Origin: Fibrobacteria bacterium
Lineage (GTDB): Bacteria > Fibrobacterota > Fibrobacteria > UBA11236
Length of the DNA stretch: 42,907 bases
NCBI GenBank assembly: GCA_043745805.1
Contig: JAYTSD010000012.1
Location: 1-42,907, forward strand
Direction: 5' to 3'
Shown: in pieces, positions 1 through 10,017 of the stretch
Position numbering within the stretch: the stretch's first letter is position 1
Layout: every line of letters starts with the position of its first letter
Position numbers and translations under genes: made by a program
Notes under the pieces: model-generated
What the model was told of the DNA's origin: nothing
The model's database searches: none
What the model saw: the letters and a program-made list of their open reading frames with translations, nothing else

Positions 1-1
1 A

Positions 2-475
2 GAAACCATTTTAGCACGCGTGGGTGAAGGTATTGTTTCGACGATTGGTTCGGCAAAAAGTCATAAAAGCGTTTTAGAAAATCCTGATCAAATTTCCAAA
101 ACAGTTTTGGCTAAAGGTTTAGATTCGGGAACCGCTTATGATATTCTGTCTATTGATATAGCGGATGTGGATGTGGGTAAAAATATTGGTGCTGGACTCG
201 AAACCGATAGAGCCGAAGCGGATAAAAAAATCGCCCAAGCGAAGGCCGAAGAACGTCGTGCCATGGCCATTGCTCATGAACAAGAAATGATTGCCCGTGT
301 GGCCGAAATGCGCGCTAAGGTAGTGGAGAATGAAGCTTTGGTTCCTTTAGCGATGGCTGAGGCTTTTCGCGCTGGGCATTTAGGTGTAATGGATTATTAT
401 AATATGAAAAATTTAAATGCCGACACCAGTATGCGTGAACGCATTGCCGGCGCTGAACCTAAGGGAAATGCGTGA
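2..475 (+). CDS. floA: Flotillin-like protein FloA/YqfA (SPFH), 5' partial
   Basis: Frame is open from position 2 ([17 protein letters not shown]). Motifs [27 protein letters not shown] and [16 protein letters not shown] match the YqfA/FloA C-terminal half. Confidence 0.9.
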   Translation, partial: ETILARVGEGIVSTIGSAKSHKSVLENPDQISKTVLAKGLDSGTAYDILSIDIADVDVGKNIGAGLETDRAEADKKIAQAKAEERRAMAIAHEQEMIARVAEMRAKVVENEALVPLAMAEAFRAGHLGVMDYYNMKNLNADTSMRERIAGAEPKGNA

Positions 476-1035
476 AACCCGAAATATTTATTGCTTTAAT
501 TGTTCTCTATAATATTGTTGCAGGAATCGCAGCATGGAATAAAAAGCGAAAAAAAATGCAGGCAGAAGGTACTGTGTCTGGCGCGTCTGCTAAAGCTATT
601 GTTAAGGACACGCGCACGGATAGGCCGCAAAATAATATTTCGCGACCAGCAAAGCCCAGTGAGGTGGAGTTGGCCTTAACGGCAAATCAAGATCCATTTA
701 AAGAAGCGAAATTTAAAGAACAAAATTTTAAACCAACTGAATTTCGGGATGCGGCATTCAAAGACGCTAATTTCAAAGAAAATACTTTTCAAGATTTTCG
801 TGGAAAGAAAAGTGATACCGAGAGGTTACCTGATTATGCAGGTACGAAGGGTACCTTAAACAAACGATTCACCGAAGAAGGTGGCAGTCTCATTAATCCA
901 GGAAAAGAATGGCTTAAGCAAAATCCCAAGCCACCGGAATGGACAGGCGTTTTGCAAGGTTTACGAGAACGAGGAAAATTACAGCAAGCTTTTATTTTAA
1001 AAGAAATATTCGATAAGCCGGTTTCTCGACGATAA
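472..1035 (+). CDS. Membrane-anchored hypothetical protein, YqfB-like
   Basis: GTGA overlap with floA. N-terminal TM helix followed by KKRKK. C-terminal [18 protein letters not shown] resembles the tail of proteins encoded after floA. Confidence 0.6.
   Translation: MKPEIFIALIVLYNIVAGIAAWNKKRKKMQAEGTVSGASAKAIVKDTRTDRPQNNISRPAKPSEVELALTANQDPFKEAKFKEQNFKPTEFRDAAFKDANFKENTFQDFRGKKSDTERLPDYAGTKGTLNKRFTEEGGSLINPGKEWLKQNPKPPEWTGVLQGLRERGKLQQAFILKEIFDKPVSRR
697..801 (+). repeat. Seven degenerate 15-bp units encoding F-x-x-x-x pentapeptides
   Basis: [35 protein letters not shown]. Confidence 0.8.
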
Positions 1036-1041
1036 TTGACG

Positions 1042-1078
1042 AGTTAGCGATAATGCCTCTTAAAGTCTATCGCTAACT
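1042..1078. terminator. Hairpin between convergent genes, likely bidirectional terminator
   Basis: agttagcgata (1042-1052) / tatcgctaact (1068-1078), perfect 11-bp inverted repeat. Confidence 0.65.
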
Positions 1079-1088
1079 ATTTCTTGGT

Positions 1089-3029
1089 TTATTTTCTGCG
1101 ATAACCAAAACGGTTTAAAATATTCTGCGTGTTACTCTTAATAAGTATATCTTCATTGTCTTTGTTTTTGGAAACTGTATTGTTTCCACCGCGAATAAAT
1201 CCTTTTAATATATAGGCTCCCGTCCCAAGGGGCCTGCCATCCTTGGAAACAGGGAGAAAATGGAATTGCATTATGGCAGAGTCTTTTGCCACTAAAGCTT
1301 TAGTCCAATCCAGCGGATTCATGACTCCTTTAGCGGAATTTACATAATTACCCAAATTGTCGAAAATGTGGAATTCATAAGTGAATGATGCATGACTGCT
1401 GAATGTCCAGCTAGGATGCGCCGTTTGTTGCAGAAGATCTTGGGTTTGACCGCAATTGAGTATGCATTCTCCATTGGGTGTAGTAAATATGAATGGGTCT
1501 TGATTGGCCGGAGAAGGCATTGGTAACCCTACGGTTATCGCTGTATCTATTAGCGGGGGTAAAATAGCAGATAAAGTAAATACACTATTGCCATCTAAAA
1601 TTATGGAAATGGCTTCTTGGGTATCACGTGGGTGACTCCAACTTAAAGTGATTTTTCCTTTAAGTGGAACTTCGACAATATTATTTAAAGGAACGGGTAG
1701 CGTCTCCGTAATGCCTAAATTCAAGGCCCCTTTTTGTATAGCGGGAACAGCATTGAGTGGAGGGTATTCAAGAACAATTAATTCAGAATCGTGGGTATTA
1801 CTTTTTGTAAGCAGGGATTGCATGGTTAATTCCGAAGGCGAACGGGATAAGAGTATTTGCAAAGATTTATCGGCCAAAGAAAAAACTTGAGGAATAATTC
1901 CATTTTTATCCCGCAAGGATAGAGTGGGTAAGTCATAGCAAGATAAATTGGTATTGCTTTGTGAAATAGCAGCATTCACCACATTCATTTTAATTTGATA
2001 GTGAAAAATAGAGTCTTGGCTACGACCGCTACGTAAATGCACTTCAATATCAATATTATTTAATCCCGGCTTAAGGGCAATAATACTGTCGAGCCTAATA
2101 TTTAAGCTACTGTCGGGGTTCGTTACATAGTCTAAGGCTATGCTTTGTTGTTCTGGTGCAAGGGAACGATTAAATATTTTTAATAATTTAGGCTTGGGGT
2201 TACGTACAATGCGTCCTAAAATAGTTTCCATTAAATTGAAAAGTTGCGAAGAGTCGGTGGGTGCTAGTGTAAAAAATTCCCCACCGGTTTTTTCGGATAA
2301 AGTCTTTAAGTTTACCCCTAATTTTGGATTACCTAAATGAATACCATAAACGGGTGGGTAACCAAAAGAAGACTTATTTAAAGAATCGAGAACCAAGCTC
2401 CAATCACTGGCTTTACCATCGGATATAAAAATAATAGCCTGATTTTTAGTGCGCGTAAAACCACTATCGGGATTAAGCCAATTTTTGGCGCGCTGTAGAG
2501 CATTCAACCAAAGCGTAACTCCTATTGCGGTATCATTATGTCGATAAACTCTTTTAAGTAGAGTATCCAAATTGGCTTGTGAATTAGAGTCGGATTTGCT
2601 GATACTCAAAGGGGAATGGGTCTGCGTTTCTACTATAGGTGCGCTTAAAGCGCCATTGCGAATGACCATAAAACCTGCTGTTGTGGTTATCGAAAGTTCC
2701 CGTTGCTGACGCATGGCTTTTTTAACCACGGTATCGCGTTGATGAAAAGGATCGCCGCCATTATCCATGCTAAAGGAATTATCCATGATATAAACTATAT
2801 CGGCTTGGTCTTTATCTTTGGGAGCGAAAGTTCCTCGGCAAAAAGTGATTCCATTTTGTTCAATACGGGTGATATTGATAGGTAACTTTAAAGTTACGGA
2901 GTCGGCGGAGAGTTGGGCAAAGTCAATACATTGATGAAAAGTTTGTGTTCCTACTTTGGCATCAGGCGTATGCCAATCACAACGTTTTTTTAGGTCTTGG
3001 GAAAAGCTTGATTTAGGACTTAAAACCAA
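1089..3029 (-). CDS. Secreted vWA-domain protein with Fibrobacter-type C-terminal domain; true start probably upstream
   Basis: MIDAS motif DIVYIMDNSFSM and IIFISDG. C-terminal FHIFDNLGNYV...GRPLGTGAYILKG...FGYRRK resembles the C-terminal domain of Fibrobacter exported proteins. Confidence 0.75.
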   Translation of the reverse strand: MVLSPKSSFSQDLKKRCDWHTPDAKVGTQTFHQCIDFAQLSADSVTLKLPINITRIEQNGITFCRGTFAPKDKDQADIVYIMDNSFSMDNGGDPFHQRDTVVKKAMRQQRELSITTTAGFMVIRNGALSAPIVETQTHSPLSISKSDSNSQANLDTLLKRVYRHNDTAIGVTLWLNALQRAKNWLNPDSGFTRTKNQAIIFISDGKASDWSLVLDSLNKSSFGYPPVYGIHLGNPKLGVNLKTLSEKTGGEFFTLAPTDSSQLFNLMETILGRIVRNPKPKLLKIFNRSLAPEQQSIALDYVTNPDSSLNIRLDSIIALKPGLNNIDIEVHLRSGRSQDSIFHYQIKMNVVNAAISQSNTNLSCYDLPTLSLRDKNGIIPQVFSLADKSLQILLSRSPSELTMQSLLTKSNTHDSELIVLEYPPLNAVPAIQKGALNLGITETLPVPLNNIVEVPLKGKITLSWSHPRDTQEAISIILDGNSVFTLSAILPPLIDTAITVGLPMPSPANQDPFIFTTPNGECILNCGQTQDLLQQTAHPSWTFSSHASFTYEFHIFDNLGNYVNSAKGVMNPLDWTKALVAKDSAIMQFHFLPVSKDGRPLGTGAYILKGFIRGGNNTVSKNKDNEDILIKSNTQNILNRFGYRRK

Positions 3030-3215
3030 TAACGTAAAAATGCAAATGAATAGTAGGTAGCATTTTAATGCAAATAAGTTTTGAAATTGGATAAAGCCCC
3101 CACATTTTTGCGATCAACAAGGAAAAGGAAATATTATTCCTCTTGAATAATATCTCTTTGCGAGGAAACTTTCTGGACAATATTTTGTTTTGAAAAACTT
3201 TTTTAATAAAAAAAA

Positions 3216-3659
3216 TCAGCGAATTAATTTTGCTTTTAAAAAAGCTAAAACAATCAAACCAATTGCAGGATAAAGGCTATAATACGCACCATTTAGTACA
3301 TGATGAAACATTTTATCTCGAATTTCTTGATGCACATACCATACTACGATAACGGTTACCGTGCCAGTGATAAAGGTCAAAAAAGGGGAGCATTTTTTAA
3401 ATAATGCAAAGAGAAGAATTAAAACGCCTAATAGGGGGATTAAATCAATCCAACGAGAAAGTGAATAGTCCAAAGAGACTTGTGAATGAGCATTAAAAAC
3501 ACTGGCGATTTGATGTAAACCTTTTAAATGCTCTCTAATTTGATGTGCATTAAATGTATTACCCATGCCTGAAATCCAAGGGCTAAAAAAAAGTATAAGT
3601 AATGTGCCTGCACATAAAAATTCCAGCACGGCAAATATTTTTGGAAGCGATTTTTTCAT
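3216..3659 (-). CDS. Small multi-TM membrane protein, last gene of the RND operon
   Basis: About 4 hydrophobic segments; ATGA overlap with the tolC-family stop. Confidence 0.7.
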   Translation of the reverse strand: MKKSLPKIFAVLEFLCAGTLLILFFSPWISGMGNTFNAHQIREHLKGLHQIASVFNAHSQVSLDYSLSRWIDLIPLLGVLILLFALFKKCSPFLTFITGTVTVIVVWYVHQEIRDKMFHHVLNGAYYSLYPAIGLIVLAFLKAKLIR

Positions 3660-4987
3660 TTCCGTAATATCCCTGCTAAGCGTAACAAGTCGGTTTCGGC
3701 TTTTTTTGTTTCGTATTGGGCGGAGACTAGGCGACTATTCGCGGTGATATAAGCCTCTTCAATGGCGCGTACTTCTAAGGACGTAATCGCTCCTAAGCGA
3801 AGTTTCTCCATAGAAACATCTAAGTTCTGTTTACTTAAGCCTACATTTTCTTTTTCTAATGTTAAGAGTTCTAAGCTACTGGAATAGGCATCTGCGGCTT
3901 TCGCTAAATCATTTTGTACTTGTGATTCCATTCCCCGAATTTGTAATTCTGTACTGGAAATAAATAAACGCGCGTTTTTATAATCACGATTCATGGTGAA
4001 ACCATTAAAAAGATTGAAGGTGAGGTTGGCTCCATAAATCAAGCCTTCACTTTCGTTAGTGCGTATCAAACCGAAATCGCTATTTGTGTTGACATAATTA
4101 TACCCCACATTCAGGGCTACTTTAGGAAACCATAATGCCTTTGCTTCCGCGAAGGATATTTGTGCTAATTTTTTGTTTTCTTGTGCATAACGTAACATGG
4201 AGTTTTGCTCCCATGCCTTTTTAAGTAAAGTGGTATTAATGTCGGTATGGAATGATATGGAATCTGGTAAAGTAAAGGCTATTTCGCTATCGCGGCCTAA
4301 GACCAAGTTCAAGGAGCGCTTGGCATTACGGTAAATAATCCCTTGTCTTAGCAAAGCATTTTTATCCAAATTCAAATCTAATTGCGCTTGCAGTAAATCC
4401 AATTTTGAATTGCTACCTAAATGATATTTGCTGTCCGTAATTTTTACACGCTCTTGAGAGAAAGCTATGGCGCTTTGAATGGTTTGTAAGATTTTGTCTT
4501 CTTTTATAGCGGCAAAATAAGTGGTCGTAACTTGCGCGACTAAAGTTTCCTGCGCCATGAGTTCTTTTAATTCTGCAAGCAACTGATTTTGGGTAAGATG
4601 GCGATATGCCGAAAAAGATCCTAATCCATCAAATACGGTCCAAGTGGCATTTACGCCCGCATTTTGGGAAGTCGTTTTGGCATGAGGATTTTTTTCTTCT
4701 AAAGCATTAACACGAATTTGATCGGTTTTATTAATGCTTTGAACATAAGCTCCGGTTAAATCGACTTTAGGTAAAAAACCTGCACCTCCAACAATTTGAT
4801 TATTACGCGATATTTCAGTTTCATTATGCGTGGCTTGTAAGGAAAAATTGTTGGTAAGGGCTAATTGAATAGCCTGTTCAATAGTGAGTGTATTAGTAGG
4901 TGTAGGAGCAAGAGCCGCTTCCGCAGTTGCTCGCATGGCACCTAGAGTAAGTAGGATTAGGGTAACCGAGAATACATTACGAATCAT
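3656..4987 (-). CDS. TolC-family outer membrane efflux protein
   Basis: Signal peptide; LTIEQAIQLALTNN; FLPKVDL/WFPKVAL two-repeat OEP architecture; coupled to the RND gene. Confidence 0.92.
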   Translation of the reverse strand: MIRNVFSVTLILLTLGAMRATAEAALAPTPTNTLTIEQAIQLALTNNFSLQATHNETEISRNNQIVGGAGFLPKVDLTGAYVQSINKTDQIRVNALEEKNPHAKTTSQNAGVNATWTVFDGLGSFSAYRHLTQNQLLAELKELMAQETLVAQVTTTYFAAIKEDKILQTIQSAIAFSQERVKITDSKYHLGSNSKLDLLQAQLDLNLDKNALLRQGIIYRNAKRSLNLVLGRDSEIAFTLPDSISFHTDINTTLLKKAWEQNSMLRYAQENKKLAQISFAEAKALWFPKVALNVGYNYVNTNSDFGLIRTNESEGLIYGANLTFNLFNGFTMNRDYKNARLFISSTELQIRGMESQVQNDLAKAADAYSSSLELLTLEKENVGLSKQNLDVSMEKLRLGAITSLEVRAIEEAYITANSRLVSAQYETKKAETDLLRLAGILRK

Positions 4988-7900
4988 GAATGCGACTCCG
5001 AGGTTTTGCTAGCTAAATAAGTGTACATAGCCGGAACAACAAAAAGCGTTAAAGCCAAAGCAAAGAGTAAACCTCCTATCACGGCTATACCCATTGGCAT
5101 ACGGCTTTGGGAGCCCGCTCCAAGGGCCAAGGCAATTGGCAAGGTTCCTAGTATGGTCGCGAGCGAAGTCATTAAAATAGGGCGAAATCGCGAAGCAGCG
5201 GCTTCCCGAACGGCTTCGACAATCGGCAATCCTTGTTGTCGTCTTTGATTGGCAAATTCCACAATAAGAATACCATTTTTGGTTACTAAACCAATGAGCA
5301 TGATCATTCCAATTCGACTAAAAATATTTAACGTTTGATTGAAATACCAAAGCGAAAGTAATGCACCGGCTAAGGCGAGAGGCACGGTGAAAAGAATGGT
5401 GAGTGGATCTCTAAAGCTTTCGAATTGCGCGGCCAACATTAAATAAATCAATAGTAGAGCTAAGAGAAAAGCAAAAAGCAAACTCGAAGAACTGTCGGCA
5501 AAATCTCTAGAGGTGCCGGCTAAATCAGTATGAATACTAGGATCCAAAACCTTTTTTCCAATATCTTGCATGGCTTTAATCCCTTCGCCTAAAGTTTTGC
5601 CGGGCGCTAAACCCGCAGATACCGTAGCACTGGCATATCTATCCGTTCGAAAAAGTTGTGGAGGACTTACTTGATTGGTTACGGTAACCAAATTGTCCAT
5701 GGAAATGAGACGGCCTTCACGATTCTTAACTTGTAATAATTTTAAATCTTCGGGTTTATTGCGAAAGGCTTTATCCACACGCAGCATAACTTGGTATTGC
5801 TTGCCTTCCATGTTAAAATAATTAATGCGCATATCGCTATAGGCTAATTGTAAGGTTTGCGAAATGTCGAGCATGGAAACTCCTAGGTCACGGGCTCGAT
5901 TTGGGTTAACCTCAATATGTAATTCGGGTTTGGTGAATTTTAAATTCACATCTACCACGGAAAATAAAGGATTCTTTGCGGCCTCTTCCATGAATTTGGG
6001 TAAAATTTCTTTTAACCTTTCCAAAGTAGGAGCTTCTATAACATATTGCACCGGCAAGGTGGTGCGTACGCCCACTTGAATGGTTTGATCTTGTACCACA
6101 AAAATACGCGCATCATTTAGCGCCTTAGTTTTTTTTGTGATTAAATCCGCAATTTGTTTTTGACTTCTTTTTCTATCTGCGGGATCGGTTAAATAAATAC
6201 GAATAAAGCCTGTATTCACCGCACTGGAAGCGCCAAAACCGGGAGAGGTTACCAATAGATTTAATTGACTTTCGGGAACTTCCTCGGCAACCAAGGCATT
6301 GAGTTTATCCATAAAGGCATCCATATAGGGAAAGGCTGCTCCTTCATGTGCGGTGGCCATAACCATCATCGCGTTTCGATCTTCCATCGGCGCAAGCTCG
6401 GTAGGAATAATTTTACCGAGGAAATAAATCAATCCTCCGGCGCCGAGCAATAAAACTATGGCCACCCAACGATGTCGCAAAAAGGTATTGAGGGCATTAC
6501 GGTAACTGAGAGTTAATCCTTGAAACCAAGGCTCGGTAACCGCATAAAGCCAAGTGGGTTTGGCGCGATGTTTTAATAAGCGAGTGCTCATCATGGGCGT
6601 AAGTGTTAAAGAAACAAATGCGGAAATAACCACGGAGCCGGCAATGACCAAAGCAAATTCGCGAAAAAGTCGCCCCGTAAAACCTTGCATAAATACAATG
6701 GGCAAAAAAACCACTACTAAAACCATAGTCGTGGAAAGAATCGCAAAGAAAATTTCTTCCGCTCCTTTAAATCCCGCTTCCCGTGGTGACATACCTTGTT
6801 CGATTTTAGTGTAAATATTTTCCAGTACCACAATGGCATCATCTACCACCAAACCAATCGCCAGTACGATGCCTAACAAGGTCAAGACATTGATTGTGAA
6901 GCCTGCGCTATACATGAGAAAGAAAGCGCCGATCAAAGAAATAGGTATAGCGACAACCGGAATGAGGGTTGTGCGCCAATCTCTCAGGAAAATAAAAATG
7001 ATTAATACCACTAAGCCAAAGGCTAAATAAATTGTTTCTTTGACTTCATCAATGGAGCGACGAATAAAAGAGGTATTATCAAATCCTAATTCTAATTTAA
7101 TACCTTTAGGTTTTTCTTTTTCAATTTCTTTCCAGCGTTTATAAAACTCTTTGGCTATAGCGAGATTATTCGCACCGGGCTGGGCAATAAGTCCCAAGCC
7201 AATCATAGGCACACCATTTTTTTTCAATACGGTTTGATCATTCTCTGGACCTAATTCTGCTTTGCCAATATCCTGAAGGCGAATAAGTTTACCGGCCTTT
7301 TCTTGGATAATAATATTGTTGAATTCTTCTGAACTTTTTAGCAGTCCTGAGGTACGTACCGTCAGTTCCGTAATATCTCCCTGAATGCGACCCGAAGGCA
7401 ATTGCGTATTCTCATTTTGAATAGCTGTCCGAACATCGGCCAAAGTAAGATTATAGGCCGCTAATTTTATAGGATTGATAGCAATTCTCATCGCATATTT
7501 TTTCTCGCCCCAAATACGGACTTCACTAACGCCGGGAATGGTTTGTAAGCGTTCTCGCATTTCTGTGCCAATAGCATTTACTTCCAAAATATTTTTGCTA
7601 TCACTTTGTACGGTTAAAAGAATTATCGGAAATGAATTTCCATCGGCTTTCGCTACCACCGGCGGATCCGCATCGGTAGGAAGGCTGCGTACTATTCGCG
7701 AAACACGATCACGTACATCATTTGCGGCATTGTCCAAATCTTGTTCAATATTAAACTCCACCGTTACGGTACTGAGTTGATCGCGACTTACTGAAGTGAT
7801 GGAGCGTATTCCCGAAATTCCATTTACCGAAGATTCAATAGGTTCGGTGATTTGATTTTCAATAATATCGGCGCTGGCTCCTTTATAGGCGGTACTCACG

Positions 7901-8037
7901 CTAATAGTAGGAGGATCAATAGCAGGAAATTCACGCACCCCTAAATAACGATAGGCAATGATTCCAAATAAAGTAATGATGATAGACAGTACCGACGCCA
8001 ATACTGGGCGTTTAATACTGGTAGCGGACAGGCTCAT
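4984..8037 (-). CDS. RND efflux permease (AcrB/HAE1 family)
   Basis: 1017 aa; IKRPV N-terminus; GLVVDDAIVVLENI; TKNGILIVEFAN; RFRPILMTS. Confidence 0.96.
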   Translation of the reverse strand: MSLSATSIKRPVLASVLSIIITLFGIIAYRYLGVREFPAIDPPTISVSTAYKGASADIIENQITEPIESSVNGISGIRSITSVSRDQLSTVTVEFNIEQDLDNAANDVRDRVSRIVRSLPTDADPPVVAKADGNSFPIILLTVQSDSKNILEVNAIGTEMRERLQTIPGVSEVRIWGEKKYAMRIAINPIKLAAYNLTLADVRTAIQNENTQLPSGRIQGDITELTVRTSGLLKSSEEFNNIIIQEKAGKLIRLQDIGKAELGPENDQTVLKKNGVPMIGLGLIAQPGANNLAIAKEFYKRWKEIEKEKPKGIKLELGFDNTSFIRRSIDEVKETIYLAFGLVVLIIFIFLRDWRTTLIPVVAIPISLIGAFFLMYSAGFTINVLTLLGIVLAIGLVVDDAIVVLENIYTKIEQGMSPREAGFKGAEEIFFAILSTTMVLVVVFLPIVFMQGFTGRLFREFALVIAGSVVISAFVSLTLTPMMSTRLLKHRAKPTWLYAVTEPWFQGLTLSYRNALNTFLRHRWVAIVLLLGAGGLIYFLGKIIPTELAPMEDRNAMMVMATAHEGAAFPYMDAFMDKLNALVAEEVPESQLNLLVTSPGFGASSAVNTGFIRIYLTDPADRKRSQKQIADLITKKTKALNDARIFVVQDQTIQVGVRTTLPVQYVIEAPTLERLKEILPKFMEEAAKNPLFSVVDVNLKFTKPELHIEVNPNRARDLGVSMLDISQTLQLAYSDMRINYFNMEGKQYQVMLRVDKAFRNKPEDLKLLQVKNREGRLISMDNLVTVTNQVSPPQLFRTDRYASATVSAGLAPGKTLGEGIKAMQDIGKKVLDPSIHTDLAGTSRDFADSSSSLLFAFLLALLLIYLMLAAQFESFRDPLTILFTVPLALAGALLSLWYFNQTLNIFSRIGMIMLIGLVTKNGILIVEFANQRRQQGLPIVEAVREAAASRFRPILMTSLATILGTLPIALALGAGSQSRMPMGIAVIGGLLFALALTLFVVPAMYTYLASKTSESHS

Positions 8038-9095
8038 AGTTTATCTGCTATTTTAACGGCGGCATCGGGGCGTAACAATATCACTCCAGAAACAATGACC
8101 GTATCGCCGGATCGTAAACCTTGCGTAATTTCTACCCGGTCTTCGGTACGTAACCCAACCGTTACGGGTTGAGGTGTGGCATGTCCTTTTTTAAACAAGA
8201 AAATTTTTTGCCCGCGCTTATCGGCAGCCAAAGCTTGCGTAGGAATTAATAAGGCGGAATCATTTCTGGCGATATCTAAAGTGACTTCGGCAAAGGCTCC
8301 TGAATAGATTTTGTTATCGTGGTTTTTGCTGGTTGCACGTAATAATAGGGTGCGTGTATCCGGATCAATTTTTGGCTCACGCGCATAAATTTCCGCTTGA
8401 TAAACCTGCGTGTTACCTTGAATGGTGAAGGAAACTTTTTGGCCATTTGCCACTGTACCGGCGTAGCGTTCGGGAATGGAAAAATCCAATTTTACCGGTT
8501 GTAAATTTTGCAAGGTAGTAATTTTTGTACCTGGAGAGAGGTAACTTCCTTCGCTAGCATAACGTAATCCCACACTACCGCCAAAGGGGGCGCGGATTTC
8601 TGTTTTGGCTATTTGTGCGGCCAAAAGTTTAGCATCGGCTTTGGCGGCATTTAAATCATTCAAGCTCGCATCATAATCTTTTTGCGCTACGGCTTCGAGT
8701 TTTAATTGCATACGCATACGGTATTCATTATCTTGCGCGAGTTTTTCACGATACTGCGCTTTCAGCAATTGTGCCTGTAATTCATCATCATTTATTTTGA
8801 GTAATAAATCTCCACCTTTGACTTGCGAGCCTTCTCGAAAAAGAATTTTTTTGATTTTGCCAGAAATTTCACTTTTAAGTTCCACTTCATCATTAGCAGC
8901 CAATGTTCCTGTGGTGATCAAAGTATTGGCGAGCAATTCAGGCTTAACCACTAAAATGGTTACTGGCATTTCGGCATTTTTATTGGCCGGGGCTGGAGGA
9001 GCTCCATTTTTTCCAGAGAGATGAATTTTATTATAAATCAAAAAAGCAAGTATCGCTATTCCGATCAGCGAGAGCGAAATTTTTTTCAAGGTCAA
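8034..9095 (-). CDS. RND periplasmic adaptor (MFP)
   Basis: SEISGKIKKILFREGSQVKGGDLL; EIRAPFGG; VEITQGLRSGDTVIVSG. Confidence 0.94.
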   Translation of the reverse strand: MTLKKISLSLIGIAILAFLIYNKIHLSGKNGAPPAPANKNAEMPVTILVVKPELLANTLITTGTLAANDEVELKSEISGKIKKILFREGSQVKGGDLLLKINDDELQAQLLKAQYREKLAQDNEYRMRMQLKLEAVAQKDYDASLNDLNAAKADAKLLAAQIAKTEIRAPFGGSVGLRYASEGSYLSPGTKITTLQNLQPVKLDFSIPERYAGTVANGQKVSFTIQGNTQVYQAEIYAREPKIDPDTRTLLLRATSKNHDNKIYSGAFAEVTLDIARNDSALLIPTQALAADKRGQKIFLFKKGHATPQPVTVGLRTEDRVEITQGLRSGDTVIVSGVILLRPDAAVKIADKL

Positions 9096-9275
9096 TTCCT
9101 TAGTTAAGTTCTATGACAATAAGGAAAATTAGCAATAATCCTTAACCGCAGGCGAGTTAACCCATGTAAGGCTTGGCGTATTAGTTTGTTTAGCGGTAAA
9201 ACTTTAGTCAAATGCCTAAAGTGAAGACATACTCGTTTTAGGAGTATAGGACAGTGTGAGCAAAGGGTAAGGGCG

Positions 9276-9860
9276 TTAGAGCGCACCCTTGGTGGAGGGT
9301 ATACCGGCTACATTGCGTGAGGGACCGATGGCCATGGCCAAGGCTCTTGCAAAAGCTTTGAATAATCCTTCGATACAATGATGTGTATTCACACCGCGTA
9401 ATAAATCGAGGTGTAAATTCATTTTACCATTTTCAGCCAAGCTTTTAAAAAAATGTGAAACTAGTTCGGTATCTAAATTTCCGATTTGGGCGAGGGCAAA
9501 TTGGGCTTGAAATACGAAGGCCATACGGCCGCTTAAATCTAAAGTGCAGCGCGCTAAAGCTTCGTCCATAGTCACATAATAAAAACCATAACGCTCAATA
9601 CCTTTTTTGTCGCCTAAGGCTTCATATAAGGCTTGTCCTAAACAAATGGCAATATCTTCGGCGGAATGATGCATATCAATTTGTGGATCGCCTTTGCACA
9701 CCACGGAAAGTCCTATGCCACCATGTTTACGTAATAAATCGAGCATATGATCTAAAAATGGAGAACCGCTATCGAGCGGCCCTTCGAAATCTTGATCCAA
9801 ATTTAAGATTAATTCAATATCGGTTTCTTTGGTTTTGCGACTGATTTTAGCTTCGCGCAT
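9276..9860 (-). CDS. hisB: Imidazoleglycerol-phosphate dehydratase
   Basis: RKTKETDI; FLDHML; DMHHSAED; NTHHCIEGLFKAFARAL; IPSTKGAL. ATG 9860 is preferred over TTG 9887. Confidence 0.96.
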   Translation of the reverse strand: MREAKISRKTKETDIELILNLDQDFEGPLDSGSPFLDHMLDLLRKHGGIGLSVVCKGDPQIDMHHSAEDIAICLGQALYEALGDKKGIERYGFYYVTMDEALARCTLDLSGRMAFVFQAQFALAQIGNLDTELVSHFFKSLAENGKMNLHLDLLRGVNTHHCIEGLFKAFARALAMAIGPSRNVAGIPSTKGAL

Positions 9861-9861
9861 T

Positions 9862-10017
9862 TTAGGCCTTTGACTGAGGTTTGGCAACTTGGCTGCGCTG
9901 TTTTAATTTTTTCAGCAGGCTGCGTAACTGATTTTCACATTCATTTAAAGTAGCACTCAAATAAATGAGTACGCCCAATAGCAAAAGAGCAGAGAGTATG
10001 GAAAAAGTAAATATCAT
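9862..10017 (-). CDS. 51-aa single-TM small protein, below the ORF-track cutoff
   Basis: MIFTFSILSALLLLGVLIYLSATLNECENQLRSLLKKLKQRSQVAKPQSKA. ATG overlaps the rodZ-like TGA (TGATG); its TAA lies 1 nt before the hisB ATG. Confidence 0.7.
   Translation of the reverse strand: MIFTFSILSALLLLGVLIYLSATLNECENQLRSLLKKLKQRSQVAKPQSKA

Noticed and set aside
5021-9024. Several 60-100 aa plus-strand ORFs within the RND/MFP genes, and similar ones elsewhere
   Set aside because: Fully antisense to well-supported genes, with no recognisable motifs.
9104-9286. 60-aa minus-strand ORF between hisB and the MFP gene
   Set aside because: No motif or RBS; the region more plausibly holds the efflux operon promoter.
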